From Ignavibacteriota bacterium (GTDB taxonomy: Bacteria; Bacteroidota; Ignavibacteria; UBA10030): DNA of 64,000 bases. The position numbers and the translations under genes are program-made. Numbering within the stretch: position 1 is the stretch's first letter; every line of letters starts with the position of its first letter. The DNA lies in NCBI GenBank assembly GCA_963727825.1, contig CAVSHO010000010.1, positions 197,660 to 261,659 of the forward strand. The letters are read 5' to 3'. This document shows positions 39,716-49,455 of this stretch, piece after piece. Under the pieces are notes generated by a model. The model was not told where the DNA came from. It ran no database searches and saw only the letters and a list, made by a program, of their open reading frames with translations.

Positions 39716-40882
39716 TTATTTTTTCTTTTTTCTTGTGCGTTTTGTTTTTGTGATTTCAGTTGCCAAGATCATCTTTGCATTATGTCCATTGAATTCCAGT
39801 GTATGTGAAATGATTTCAACTTCCATAACCTCACCATTCTTTTTCCGGTGACGCCAAACTCCAGCTTCATTGAATCCATCGTGTTCCGTAGTTTGTTGCA
39901 AATGACTCATCAAACCCTGAATATCTTCTTCCGGACGAATATCTTTAATCGACATGGAAAGAAATTCTTCGCGGCTATATCCATAGTAATATACTGCGGC
40001 ATCATTCACTTCTAAGAACTGCAGGGTATCGATGTCATAGAGCCACATCGGATGCGGATTGGCTTTAAAAAGCAAGCGGTACCTAAGTTCCGATGCCTGC
40101 AATTGTTCTTCTATATGTTTTCGATCTGTTACATCAAACGCGATGCCAAGCCCGGCAGGAATACCTTCGTACAGAATCGCACTGGCGGCAAAATCCAACC
40201 ATCGCTCTTTTCCATCTTTCGTGATAATTTTAAAATCGTAACGAGTTGGCACATCTTCATTGCGCTGCCGTGCCAATCCTCGCTGATGAACCATCTCGCG
40301 ATAATCCGGGTGCACTAACTCCCAGAATTTCATATTCAGCAATTCATCTTTCGTGTAACCGGTGATCTGTTTTGAAGCAGCATTAACATAAGTGAATCGT
40401 TCCCCCTGATAAATAAAAATTAAGGCAGTACTCATCTCAGCAAGCGCCTTGAACCGCGCCTCACTTTGTTTCTGTGCTTCTTCTGCCAGCACACGCGCCT
40501 CGCGATCACGTTTCTGATTCACAACAGAAAGGATTGCAGGAACCAATCGAATGCTGTTTGTCTTTAAGAGAAATTCAGACGCTCCTTCTTTCATGCATTC
40601 AACCGCTTTTTCTTCCCCCACCGATCCAGTATAAATAATTGTGGGCGTTCCTGGTGCAAGTTCATTTACAAGCCGAAGAGCTTCAATTCCAATGATATCA
40701 GGAAGCGTATAATCAATTACGATGCAATCAAAATGCGGCGATTCAAGCTCTCGAAGGAAAGCTTCTCTATTGCGAACATCCTTAACAACCATCTCAACAG
40801 GAGCAGATTGTATTTTACGTGTGAACAGCCGGATGGACGACGGATCGTCTTCAAGCAAAAGAATAGAAAGCGCGGTAGACAT
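39716..40882 (-). CDS. REC-PAS-PAS signalling protein with no output domain
   Basis: ILLLEDD receiver; two PAS domains (VHPDY..DVT; NPHPMW..VNDAA..IRP.ED); ends in a basic tail. Confidence 0.85.
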   Translation of the reverse strand: MSTALSILLLEDDPSSIRLFTRKIQSAPVEMVVKDVRNREAFLRELESPHFDCIVIDYTLPDIIGIEALRLVNELAPGTPTIIYTGSVGEEKAVECMKEGASEFLLKTNSIRLVPAILSVVNQKRDREARVLAEEAQKQSEARFKALAEMSTALIFIYQGERFTYVNAASKQITGYTKDELLNMKFWELVHPDYREMVHQRGLARQRNEDVPTRYDFKIITKDGKERWLDFAASAILYEGIPAGLGIAFDVTDRKHIEEQLQASELRYRLLFKANPHPMWLYDIDTLQFLEVNDAAVYYYGYSREEFLSMSIKDIRPEEDIQGLMSHLQQTTEHDGFNEAGVWRHRKKNGEVMEVEIISHTLEFNGHNAKMILATEITKTKRTRKKKK

Positions 40883-41037
40883 GACAATAACCCTTTTTGA
40901 TTATTCGATACTGCGGCATGAAACAATATAAACGATTGCTAACAACAGGAAAGAAGCTTAGGAAATGTAGAATAAGTCAAATCGAAAAGCAACATCTAAA
41001 CAATAAACCACAATAAATGAGGAGCGGCAATGACATT

Positions 41038-41595
41038 TTAATCGCTCTTTGCCGTTCCATTCCATTCCGTCTCTTCCATCCCATTAAGCTTATTGACATA
41101 TCGCGCTATTACAAACAGAAGATCGGCAAGACGATTAAGATACATGAGCGGATATTTTCCAATCTTTTCCTTTCTTCCAAGAGCGTCTACTAACCGTTCG
41201 GTACGCCGGCATACCGCCCTCGCAACGTGCAACTGCGCACCTACAATCGAACCGTCGGGTAGAATAAATGATTTCAATGGTTCCAGATGGACATTTAACC
41301 GATCAATTGTTTCCTCAAGAAATTGAATTTCATTCTGTTGAATGCGTTTAATGTTCGTCGACGCTGCATCGAAAGGTGTGGCAAGATCGGCGCCGAGTAC
41401 AAAGAGTTGACTCTGAATTTGTTCAAGAAGTCTATCTATTTCGGCAAATGGTTTGAGTGCGCGAGCGACTCCGAGTTGTGCATTCAATTCATCCACTGTG
41501 CCGTACGCATCAATGCGAAGAGTACTTTTCGGCACACGCTTTCCACCAAAGAGTGAAGTATCGCCCATATCGCCGGTTTTTGTATAAATTTTCAT
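41038..41595 (-). CDS. pduO: Cob(I)alamin adenosyltransferase (PduO type)
   Basis: MKIYTKTGD.GDT, YGTVDELN, ARAVCRRTER and YLNRLAD motifs. Confidence 0.93.
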   Translation of the reverse strand: MKIYTKTGDMGDTSLFGGKRVPKSTLRIDAYGTVDELNAQLGVARALKPFAEIDRLLEQIQSQLFVLGADLATPFDAASTNIKRIQQNEIQFLEETIDRLNVHLEPLKSFILPDGSIVGAQLHVARAVCRRTERLVDALGRKEKIGKYPLMYLNRLADLLFVIARYVNKLNGMEETEWNGTAKSD

Positions 41596-41707
41596 TCCTT
41601 CTTTCCGATTACAGCATTACCCAATTCCATAATACGAAACGTACACTTAAGAATAAACCCCCGCCTCACTCTACATCTCCGCTCTCCCATTTGTCTTATT
41701 TACTATT

Positions 41708-42730
41708 TCACACGAGTGGTGCAAGTGCAATTTCTCTATCATAAAGCCAACTGAACTTCTCCACACCTGAGAACTTCACGCGCTCGGCAAGTTTGAGATA
41801 TCGTTCGGAAAGTCCGCACAAATATTCCTGTGCTTTTGCTGATGCTCCCGATATGCCGGTCAAGCCCTCGATCTTCCACTCGTGAACCAGCGTTCCAATA
41901 ATTTCTGCGTAATCTTTTGCTGTGTACACACCCGTTTTTTGCGCCACAAGGGAAAACTTTGAGAATAATTTTTTGTCTCTCCCATCGTCCATCAGAATTG
42001 CCGGCATCGCAATTCTTGATTTCATCATTTTAGCAAAAGCAAGTATTGCTTTTGCCGGATCAAGTTCAAAGATTTTTGCCATAAACAATTTATATGCTTT
42101 TTCGTGACGTGCTTCATCGCCGGCAATCATACCGCAAATTTTATGAAGATGATCCTCGCCTGCCCGCTTCGCAAGAACGCCGACATTCCGATGAGATATT
42201 TTGGTCGCCCGTTCTTGAAAGGATGTATAGACAAACCCAAGATACGGATCGTTTTCTGTTTGTGGATCGAACCCGTTGTTGATGAGATGTTGGATAGTTG
42301 TTTCTATGGAACGCATATCGACGCGGCCGGTGAGATAAAGATATTTGTTCAGTAAATCGCCGTGACGATTTTCCTCCGATGTCCAGCCGCGGCTCCATCG
42401 CGCCCACGGTGATGGACTTGCACCTGTTTGGTCGGTGACACCCTTCAATCGATTGAGCCAGGTTTGATAAGTCGGCAATGCCTCCTCCGTTACCATATCT
42501 CCGACAAGAACCACAAACACTTCATCGGATAACGCATTGGCACTTTTACGGAAATCAGTCAATTGCTCAATCCAATTTTCTGCATTCAAGTCCGGTAAAT
42601 AATCAGATGGCTGCCAGCTTTCATTAACGTTCATGAGCAATGAATTCAATTGCTCGCCGACAAATCCTTCTATACTCTTAATCACTTCTAATTGATGTGT
42701 TGTGACGTGTATTTCGTTTTGTGCATCCAT
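41708..42730 (-). CDS. Soluble acyl-ACP desaturase (DesA/stearoyl-ACP family)
   Basis: WQPSDYLP, TEEALPTY, WTSEENRHGD, YTSFQERAT and DEARH diiron motifs. Confidence 0.93.
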   Translation of the reverse strand: MDAQNEIHVTTHQLEVIKSIEGFVGEQLNSLLMNVNESWQPSDYLPDLNAENWIEQLTDFRKSANALSDEVFVVLVGDMVTEEALPTYQTWLNRLKGVTDQTGASPSPWARWSRGWTSEENRHGDLLNKYLYLTGRVDMRSIETTIQHLINNGFDPQTENDPYLGFVYTSFQERATKISHRNVGVLAKRAGEDHLHKICGMIAGDEARHEKAYKLFMAKIFELDPAKAILAFAKMMKSRIAMPAILMDDGRDKKLFSKFSLVAQKTGVYTAKDYAEIIGTLVHEWKIEGLTGISGASAKAQEYLCGLSERYLKLAERVKFSGVEKFSWLYDREIALAPLV

Positions 42731-42838
42731 CGCTATCTCTTTCAATAAGCTGAAAATGGTTTTCATTAACATAATATGAACGATTCTATTTACTACTTCG
42801 TTCCTTATCTATAAACAGTTTGTAGTTTTTTTCGCATA

Positions 42839-42867
42839 TTGACAATGTCAAAGCTATGTATTATACT
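42839..42867 (+). promoter_or_regulatory. Near-consensus sigma70 promoter with a palindrome over the -35 box
   Basis: TTGACA-N17-TATACT; TTGACA-A-TGTCAA inverted repeat. Confidence 0.75.
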
Positions 42868-42904
42868 AAAGTCAAGAAGGAGCAAGAATGCTCCCCCAAA
42901 ACCG

Positions 42905-43060
42905 ATGAAAAACTCAGATTCAACTTTTTCGATTATTTTTATCGAAGCAATAATAGCCCGGGAGTTCGACAGAACAGCGGGCAGGTGTTGTTGTAGACGC
43001 TTATCGCAACTCCACGCAACGATGTTGGATAACCGTAATTCATCGGCCTATTCACTGTAA
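42905..43060 (+). CDS. Putative cysteine leader peptide (51 aa, CCC at codons 28-30)
   Basis: Three tandem TGT codons, upstream of a terminator and of cysK. Confidence 0.45.
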   Translation: MKNSDSTFSIIFIEAIIAREFDRTAGRCCCRRLSQLHATMLDNRNSSAYSL

Positions 43061-43168
43061 GATAAAACGCGTCACCTCAGAGATAAGATCGAGGGTTCAA
43101 GCCCGATGACACCTGATCCCCAATCGCCGTTGCAGTTGAGGGAAGAATGAGATGAGCGGTTTTTTTAT

Positions 43169-43202
43169 AACCTCTTCTGGAAAATTCCCGGAAGGGGTTT
43201 TT
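43169..43202 (+). terminator. Intrinsic terminator in the cysK upstream region
   Basis: aacctcttctgg-aaaattc-ccggaaggggtt-ttt. Confidence 0.75.
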
Positions 43203-43406
43203 CGTTTATAGCCCTCTCATTCTCTCAACGAAGATAAAAATATTGACATCAACAAACAGTCATTATATACAATTTACTGAAAGGTTATATTTATATGATG
43301 AGCGTATAAAGCCAATTTAGATCAGGCGTTTACGGAAACCTTAAAAGCATAAACTTTGTTAAAGTAAATAATTAGAAAACATCTGACAATAATAAAAGGA
43401 AATACT

Positions 43407-44321
43407 ATGAAAGCGTTAAATATTCTTGGGACTATCGGCAGAACGCCTCACGTTCGCATCAATCGTTTGTTTGGGGAAAAAGAAGTCTGGATAAAACTTG
43501 AACGCAGCAATCCGGGCGGTAGCATAAAAGACCGTATTGCACTTTCGATGATCGAGGATGCCGAACGGCGCGGATTATTAAAACCGGATACGGTGATTAT
43601 CGAACCGACATCAGGCAACACTGGAATTGGATTAGCTCTGGTCGCCGCCGTTAAGAAATATAGACTCATTCTTGTGATGCCGGAATCGTTTTCAGTGGAG
43701 CGCCGCCGTTTAATGGCTGCATACGGCGCGCAGTTCGATTTAACGCCGCGCGAAAAAGGAATGACGGGTGCTATTGAACGGGCAAAGGAGCTTGCCGCAT
43801 CACTTCCAAATGCATGGATTCCTCAGCAGTTCGAAAACGAAGCCAATATAGAAGTTCACCGCAGAACGACAACTAAAGAAATTCTAGATGATTTTCCACA
43901 GGGCATCGATATCATTATTACAGGCGTTGGCACAGGCGGACATATTACAGCAGTCGCGGAAGAATTGAAAAAGGTTTACAAAGAATTGAAAGTTTATGCT
44001 GTAGAACCCTCGGCTTCGCCGGTTATCAGCGGCGGCAAACCCTCGCCTCATCCGATACAGGGAATTGGCGCAGGTTTTATTCCTAAAAATCTTCACCTCC
44101 AATCTATCGATGGCGTTATCCAAATTACAAAAGAGGAAGCGTACGAATACACACAACGAGCCGCACGTGAAGAAGGAATTCTAGTTGGCGTTTCTACCGG
44201 CGCCTCGCTGGCGGCAGTCGCGAAAAAACTTCCGGAATTAAAACCGGGAGGCAGAATACTGACATTCAATTACGACACAGGTGAACGATATCTTTCAGTT
44301 GATGGACTTTTTCCAGCTTAG
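43407..44321 (+). CDS. cysK: Cysteine synthase A
   Basis: [11 protein letters not shown] (PLP lysine), [19 protein letters not shown] and DTGERYLS motifs. Confidence 0.95.
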   Translation: MKALNILGTIGRTPHVRINRLFGEKEVWIKLERSNPGGSIKDRIALSMIEDAERRGLLKPDTVIIEPTSGNTGIGLALVAAVKKYRLILVMPESFSVERRRLMAAYGAQFDLTPREKGMTGAIERAKELAASLPNAWIPQQFENEANIEVHRRTTTKEILDDFPQGIDIIITGVGTGGHITAVAEELKKVYKELKVYAVEPSASPVISGGKPSPHPIQGIGAGFIPKNLHLQSIDGVIQITKEEAYEYTQRAAREEGILVGVSTGASLAAVAKKLPELKPGGRILTFNYDTGERYLSVDGLFPA

Positions 44322-44413
44322 TATAAATACGGAAAAATTATACTACAGCTTTCAGGATAATTCGTTTGATGGCTATACGCAGTAGACGCATATAAAAGGA
44401 GGTGAGATTACAA

Positions 44414-45094
44414 ATGGAAATCAAGGCGATAGTATTCGGCGCTACTGGAATGGTTGGCGAGGGAGTTCTTCTTAAAACTCTCGACCATAAAAACGTTGAA
44501 TCGGTTTTAGTTATTGGCAGAAGACCGTGCATGAGAACGCATAACAAATTAACGGAACTGATTCATCATGATTTTTACGACTTTTCTACAATTGAAGAGC
44601 ACCTCAAAGGGTATAACGCATGCTTTTTCTGCCTTGGAGTTTCTTCTTTGGGAATGAATGAAAAAGATTACACCCGGATTACATACGATATTACAATGCA
44701 GGCGGCAACTACTTTGGCAAAACTCAATCCAGATATGACTTTCTGCTACGTATCGGGTACAGGAACCGATAGTACTGAACATGGCAAAATGATGTGGGCT
44801 CGAGTGAAAGGGAAGACAGAAAACGATATCAAAAAGCTGCCGTTTAAATCGGTATATTTATTCAGACCGGGGCTTATGAAACCGGTCAAGGATCAAAAGA
44901 ATATAAAAAAAATCTTCAAAGTTGCAGGGCTTTTGTATCCATTGTTGAAATTTTTATCACCAGGTAATGTTTGCACGTTAGAAGATGTCGGCCTCGCGAT
45001 GATTAATGCAGTGGAGGTTGGTTATCAAAAGCAGATTCTAGGAAACATGGATATCACCCAGCTTGCTAAAACAAAATCGAGCGATTGTGCATAA
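44414..45094 (+). CDS. NAD(P)-binding Rossmann-fold protein (epimerase-like)
   Basis: GATGMVG, FFCLG and WARVKGKTE motifs; AGGAGG RBS. Confidence 0.88.
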   Translation: MEIKAIVFGATGMVGEGVLLKTLDHKNVESVLVIGRRPCMRTHNKLTELIHHDFYDFSTIEEHLKGYNACFFCLGVSSLGMNEKDYTRITYDITMQAATTLAKLNPDMTFCYVSGTGTDSTEHGKMMWARVKGKTENDIKKLPFKSVYLFRPGLMKPVKDQKNIKKIFKVAGLLYPLLKFLSPGNVCTLEDVGLAMINAVEVGYQKQILGNMDITQLAKTKSSDCA

Positions 45095-45134
45095 CACATC
45101 ATGCAATAATCAAAGTTGGTTCTAGATTAAAGTT

Positions 45135-45236
45135 ACCTCTCCGATCGCTACCAGCGGTCGGAGAGGTGCTTAAAACCATTCACAGCCTCTTAAAAATCCA
45201 ACGAACCTTGCGAAGGTTCCAAGACCTTCGCAAGGA
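45135..45236. repeat. Two REP-like hairpins between convergent genes
   Basis: acctctccgatcgct-acc-agcggtcggagaggt and aaccttgcgaaggttccaagaccttcgcaagg; the second resembles the RAYT-flanking REPs. Confidence 0.65.
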
Positions 45237-45249
45237 TTAAGGTCGATGA

Positions 45250-46638
45250 TTATTTTTTCTTCCCGTTCTTCCAGAAATTCGGAAATTCCCCATAATAATG
45301 TGCAATTGTCTTAATGCCGCTGAAGAAATTATCAAGATTGATAAATTCGTTTGGTGCATGGGCATTCTCATCTGGCAAACCAAAGCCGAGCAGCACCGAA
45401 TCTATTCCAAGCAACTTCTTAAAATCCACTACAATAGGAATTGAACCGCCATCGCGCTGGTAGAGAGGTTTCTTGCCAAATCCTTTTTCCAACGCTGCCA
45501 CTGCCGCTTTGACACCCGGGCTATCTATCGGTGTAATAGCTGGTTCGCCACCATGCAAATCACGAACTTTAACCTGAATAGTTTTTGGAGCAATCTTTTT
45601 TAAGTGCCTCTCGAACAACTTTGCGATCTTCGCCGAAGATTGGTCAGGAACAATTCTCATCGAAATTTTGGCGAATGCCTTAGAAGGTAGCACAGTCTTT
45701 GCACCCTCACCAGTATAACCGCCCCAGATACCATTGCATTCAAGTGTAGGTCGTGCCCATAGCCGCTCAAGAGTTGTAAATCCTTTTTCACCATAAAGTT
45801 GGTTTAAACCGAGAGATTTCGCATAATTCTTATCGCTCCATGGCAGTTTTTTAAACGCCGCACGCTCAGCTTTAGTCAAAGGACGCACATCATCGTACAT
45901 CCCTTTAATAGTGATGCGCCCGTTTTTGTCGTGAAGGGATGCGATCATTTCCGTTAATGCTTGAATTGGATTATGCACTGAACCGCCGAATGAGCCGGAA
46001 TGCAAATCAGTATTCGGGCCTGTCACCTCCACTTCCATATATGATAAACCTCTTAGGCCATAGGTAATGGACGGAACACCTTTGGAGAATATGTCTGTAT
46101 CAGAAATGACTATGATATCGGCATTGAGTGATTCTTTATGCTCATTTATAAATTTAGGGAGATGTTCGCTGCCAATCTCCTCTTCCCCCTCAAAAATAAT
46201 TTTGATATTCACAGGCAGCACGCTGCCATTTTTCAAAAATGCCTCGATGGCTTTTAGATGTATAAATATTTGCCCTTTGTCGTCAGCGGTTCCCCGTCCA
46301 TATAAATTTCCATCGCGTTCAGTTGCTTCGTACGGCGGAGATTTCCACTCGCTAACCGGGTCTTCGGATTCTACATCGTAATGCCCATATACAAGAATCG
46401 TCGGCTTGTCAATTGCTCTAAGCCAATCGCTATACACCACCGGATGTCCTTCAGTTTCTAAAATCTGCGAGTTTTGCATGCCGATGCTTATCATATGATC
46501 CCTAAGCCATTCAGCTGTACGGCGTATCTCCGGTTTGCGTTCTGTTTGTGAGCTTACACTTGGAATGGCAAGAAGCTCTTTAAGTTCAGTAAGATAGCGT
46601 TCGTGATTGGATTCAATATATGATAGAATCTTTTCCAT
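45250..46638 (-). CDS. M20 family dipeptidase
   Basis: YGHYDV, GRGTADDKG, EGEEE, DLHSG and HAPNE motifs. Confidence 0.92.
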   Translation of the reverse strand: MEKILSYIESNHERYLTELKELLAIPSVSSQTERKPEIRRTAEWLRDHMISIGMQNSQILETEGHPVVYSDWLRAIDKPTILVYGHYDVESEDPVSEWKSPPYEATERDGNLYGRGTADDKGQIFIHLKAIEAFLKNGSVLPVNIKIIFEGEEEIGSEHLPKFINEHKESLNADIIVISDTDIFSKGVPSITYGLRGLSYMEVEVTGPNTDLHSGSFGGSVHNPIQALTEMIASLHDKNGRITIKGMYDDVRPLTKAERAAFKKLPWSDKNYAKSLGLNQLYGEKGFTTLERLWARPTLECNGIWGGYTGEGAKTVLPSKAFAKISMRIVPDQSSAKIAKLFERHLKKIAPKTIQVKVRDLHGGEPAITPIDSPGVKAAVAALEKGFGKKPLYQRDGGSIPIVVDFKKLLGIDSVLLGFGLPDENAHAPNEFINLDNFFSGIKTIAHYYGEFPNFWKNGKKK

Positions 46639-46837
46639 AGTTTTTTCCTTTTAATAATCAGAGAAAATTGTATCTGAGAATATAGGTATTGGATGAAGGA
46701 AAGGCAAGCTTGAGCTTGCTTCTCCAACATTTAACTTAGAACTGATTTGTGAATTTGATAAAATAACTCCATTGACTCTCCAATAATAAATAATTATGAT
46801 TTTATTGAATGCAATTGGAAGGTATTGAATAAATCTT

Positions 46838-47668
46838 ATGATAATAGCTCATCGATTGTACAGTCTGTTTTTTTATTTTATTGTATTAAGTTTCATTTCT
46901 GTTTCATACCCTGTATCATCCGCTGCATATGATTCCATCAAATCGGAGCAACCACTTTTAATTGAAGGAAAGACCATGAGAGACACTTTGAAGCTCCCCT
47001 ATCTCAAAGAAGCTGGACAACGCGGTAATATCACAATTTGGATTGTTGATGGTACATACGTGCGAACTCATATCGACGAAGAGTTTACAAACTATGGCGA
47101 GCACTACGGCTTCAAGTGCATCCCGAAGAATGAATTCTGGCTTGATAAAGAAGCACAGGAAGATGAGCAACAATTCTTTATTGATCATCTACTTGTCGAG
47201 TACCGACTATGCGAGAAAGGTATTCCTTATGACGATGCTTTGGAAAAAGCCGACAGCGCAGAAATGGCAGAACGGAAAAAAGCTGGTGATGTAGAAAAGG
47301 TGACCAAAGGAGGCGATCTTCCTGATCCGACAAAAGCACATGTAAAACTTTGGAAGAAACTCGAATCCGGTGTTAGTGTCTGGATTATCGATGGCAGATT
47401 AGTGCGCAGTGTTTTTGATATTGATTTTACGGAAGGTGGTCATGACCACGTTTATGAATTTGTTCCCCAGAATGAAGTTTGGATTGATAACGACCTTGAA
47501 GAAGCGGAGCGCCCCTACGTCCTTCTTCATGAACTGCACGAGCGGAACCTGATGGCAAAGGGTTGGACTTACAGCAAGGCGCACGAAGATTCAAGCAAGC
47601 TCGAATACTATTGCCGGCATCATCCTAACGAATTGCATACAATGCTGGCAAAAGAAGGCTGGGAATGA
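46838..47668 (+). CDS. Hypothetical protein with an internally duplicated domain carrying an HExxE..Y..AH motif
   Basis: Two repeats of W(I/V)(V/I)DG..VR..D..FT..G....F.P.NE.W.D; N-terminal signal-like segment. Confidence 0.8.
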   Translation: MIIAHRLYSLFFYFIVLSFISVSYPVSSAAYDSIKSEQPLLIEGKTMRDTLKLPYLKEAGQRGNITIWIVDGTYVRTHIDEEFTNYGEHYGFKCIPKNEFWLDKEAQEDEQQFFIDHLLVEYRLCEKGIPYDDALEKADSAEMAERKKAGDVEKVTKGGDLPDPTKAHVKLWKKLESGVSVWIIDGRLVRSVFDIDFTEGGHDHVYEFVPQNEVWIDNDLEEAERPYVLLHELHERNLMAKGWTYSKAHEDSSKLEYYCRHHPNELHTMLAKEGWE

Positions 47669-47745
47669 AACTTATCTGTTCATTCTCAACAGGTAATAAG
47701 GTTATACTATAAAGCTATTATATGAGAAATGAATGGGACCGTTGT

Positions 47746-49455
47746 TCACTTCGCTTTTAGTCCTAATAATCTGTTATAAGTTTTTTTATTCTTCAGGATG
47801 CTTATCGCAGCTTGCAATTGATTGTCGGTAGCAAACGTTGACTCGAAGCGGGCTTTGTCGCTTTTCATCCGTGCAAGGATTTCCGTTTTTAGCACAACAC
47901 GTATATCTTCTTTGTAGCGATAGATCTGCTTGCCACTTGAAACTTTCAACTCATTCTCCAATTTATTAATACCGTTTAAAAAGGATTGATCGTAGCGTTC
48001 ATTTTCAGCGAGAGTGCGCAGTTCTTTCAGTTTCATTTCTCCTTCATCTTGATATTCGAAACCTTTTTCTTTCAGGAATGCTTCAAAGTCGTCAATTATT
48101 GAATCGGTGACTTCAAAATTGTCTGGAACCATTTTCTTCTCAGTAGCAAAATGATTAGCATACTTAAAGATCATTGATTTGCGATTGAGTTCTTCAAGAT
48201 ACATGATATGTAATGTATCAGATACAATGGTATCCGGCAGAATACCTCCGCTCTCCCACACGCGCCTGTTATGTGCTGTGCGGAATTCACGCCTTAGACT
48301 ATCGGGCTTAGTTGTTACATTGCCTTCGCCATCTCTATGCCAATAATCAACTTCTTGTATGCATCTACCGCTTGGTGTGTAATAGCGTGCAGTTGTGATC
48401 TTGAGTGAGGCATTCTCTGATAATTGGGTGATTGTCTGTACCAATCCTTTCCCGAAAGTGCGCGTACCCACCACAACACCCCGATCGAGGTCCTGAAAAG
48501 CACCTCCAACAATTTCGCTAGCGCTTGCACTAAAGCGATTGACCAGCACTGCTATTGGGACATCTTTCAACATCGGTGTTTCTGAAGAGTAATATTTTCG
48601 CTCTGAATCGCTTCTGCGTCCGCGCGTAGAAACAACAAGACTGTTTTCGGGAACAAACTTGGAAACCACTTCTACTGCGCTTTCGAGCAATCCGCCGGGA
48701 TTGTCGCGCAAGTCGATCACTAATCCTTTCAATTCTCCTTTTACCTGTAAATCATTGATAATGTTATGCAAATCTTCTCCTGCTGTCCGTGAAAATCTTT
48801 CCAGCCGAACGTAGCCGATACCATCCACGACATATCCTGCATAAGCAATATTGTGAACGGAAATTTCCTCGCGCATCAGTACAAAGTCGATGGGTTTCTT
48901 CTCGCCTTCTCGTTCAATCCTCATTTTCAATTCTGTACCAGGAGCACCGCGCACAAATTGGTGAATACCTTCTAGCGACATTCCTTTTGTCGCTTTTCCT
49001 TCCACCTCAATAATCCTATCGCCGACTTCAACACCTTGTTTTGCAGCAGAGAATCCTTCAAGCAAATTTATCACTGTCACAAAGCCATCACGCAAACCGA
49101 TAGTAATGCCAACACCGCCATATTTACCATTAGTGATAAGATCGATTTCATCGTTTTCCTTCTCACCAATGTACACCGTGTATGGATCCAACGTTCTAAG
49201 CATGCCATCGATGCCAGCACGCATGAATTCTTCTGGATCGAGAGAATCGACATAGTTAATAGTAATTTCTTTATACACTTTGCTGTATGTGTCAATGCCG
49301 CGATAAATCTTCAGATAGTATTCAGCATCACCGCCTTCTAAAACAAATCCGAAAAATGTCATTGCTAATAAAGGCATAAGAATAAAAACAGAACTACGTG
49401 TTTTTCTTCGTAAAATTATTCGTTTTTGATTCATATAATTGCGCTCCAAGCTCAT
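47746..49455 (-). CDS. ctpA: S41 C-terminal processing peptidase (CtpA/Prc)
   Basis: LDPYT, PDZ domain, DLRDNPGG, SASASE and TFGKG.VQ motifs. Confidence 0.92.
   Translation of the reverse strand: MSLERNYMNQKRIILRRKTRSSVFILMPLLAMTFFGFVLEGGDAEYYLKIYRGIDTYSKVYKEITINYVDSLDPEEFMRAGIDGMLRTLDPYTVYIGEKENDEIDLITNGKYGGVGITIGLRDGFVTVINLLEGFSAAKQGVEVGDRIIEVEGKATKGMSLEGIHQFVRGAPGTELKMRIEREGEKKPIDFVLMREEISVHNIAYAGYVVDGIGYVRLERFSRTAGEDLHNIINDLQVKGELKGLVIDLRDNPGGLLESAVEVVSKFVPENSLVVSTRGRRSDSERKYYSSETPMLKDVPIAVLVNRFSASASEIVGGAFQDLDRGVVVGTRTFGKGLVQTITQLSENASLKITTARYYTPSGRCIQEVDYWHRDGEGNVTTKPDSLRREFRTAHNRRVWESGGILPDTIVSDTLHIMYLEELNRKSMIFKYANHFATEKKMVPDNFEVTDSIIDDFEAFLKEKGFEYQDEGEMKLKELRTLAENERYDQSFLNGINKLENELKVSSGKQIYRYKEDIRVVLKTEILARMKSDKARFESTFATDNQLQAAISILKNKKTYNRLLGLKAK

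Noticed and set aside
42998-43160. SAM-I riboswitch (CTTATC..GATGAG, GAGGG..GCCCGATGA) or 6S RNA (GGGTTCAAG)
   Set aside because: The conserved elements are not in canonical order or spacing (no ATC-AGAG directly before P2, no GCAACC after it). Left as an unclassified structured leader pending an Rfam search.
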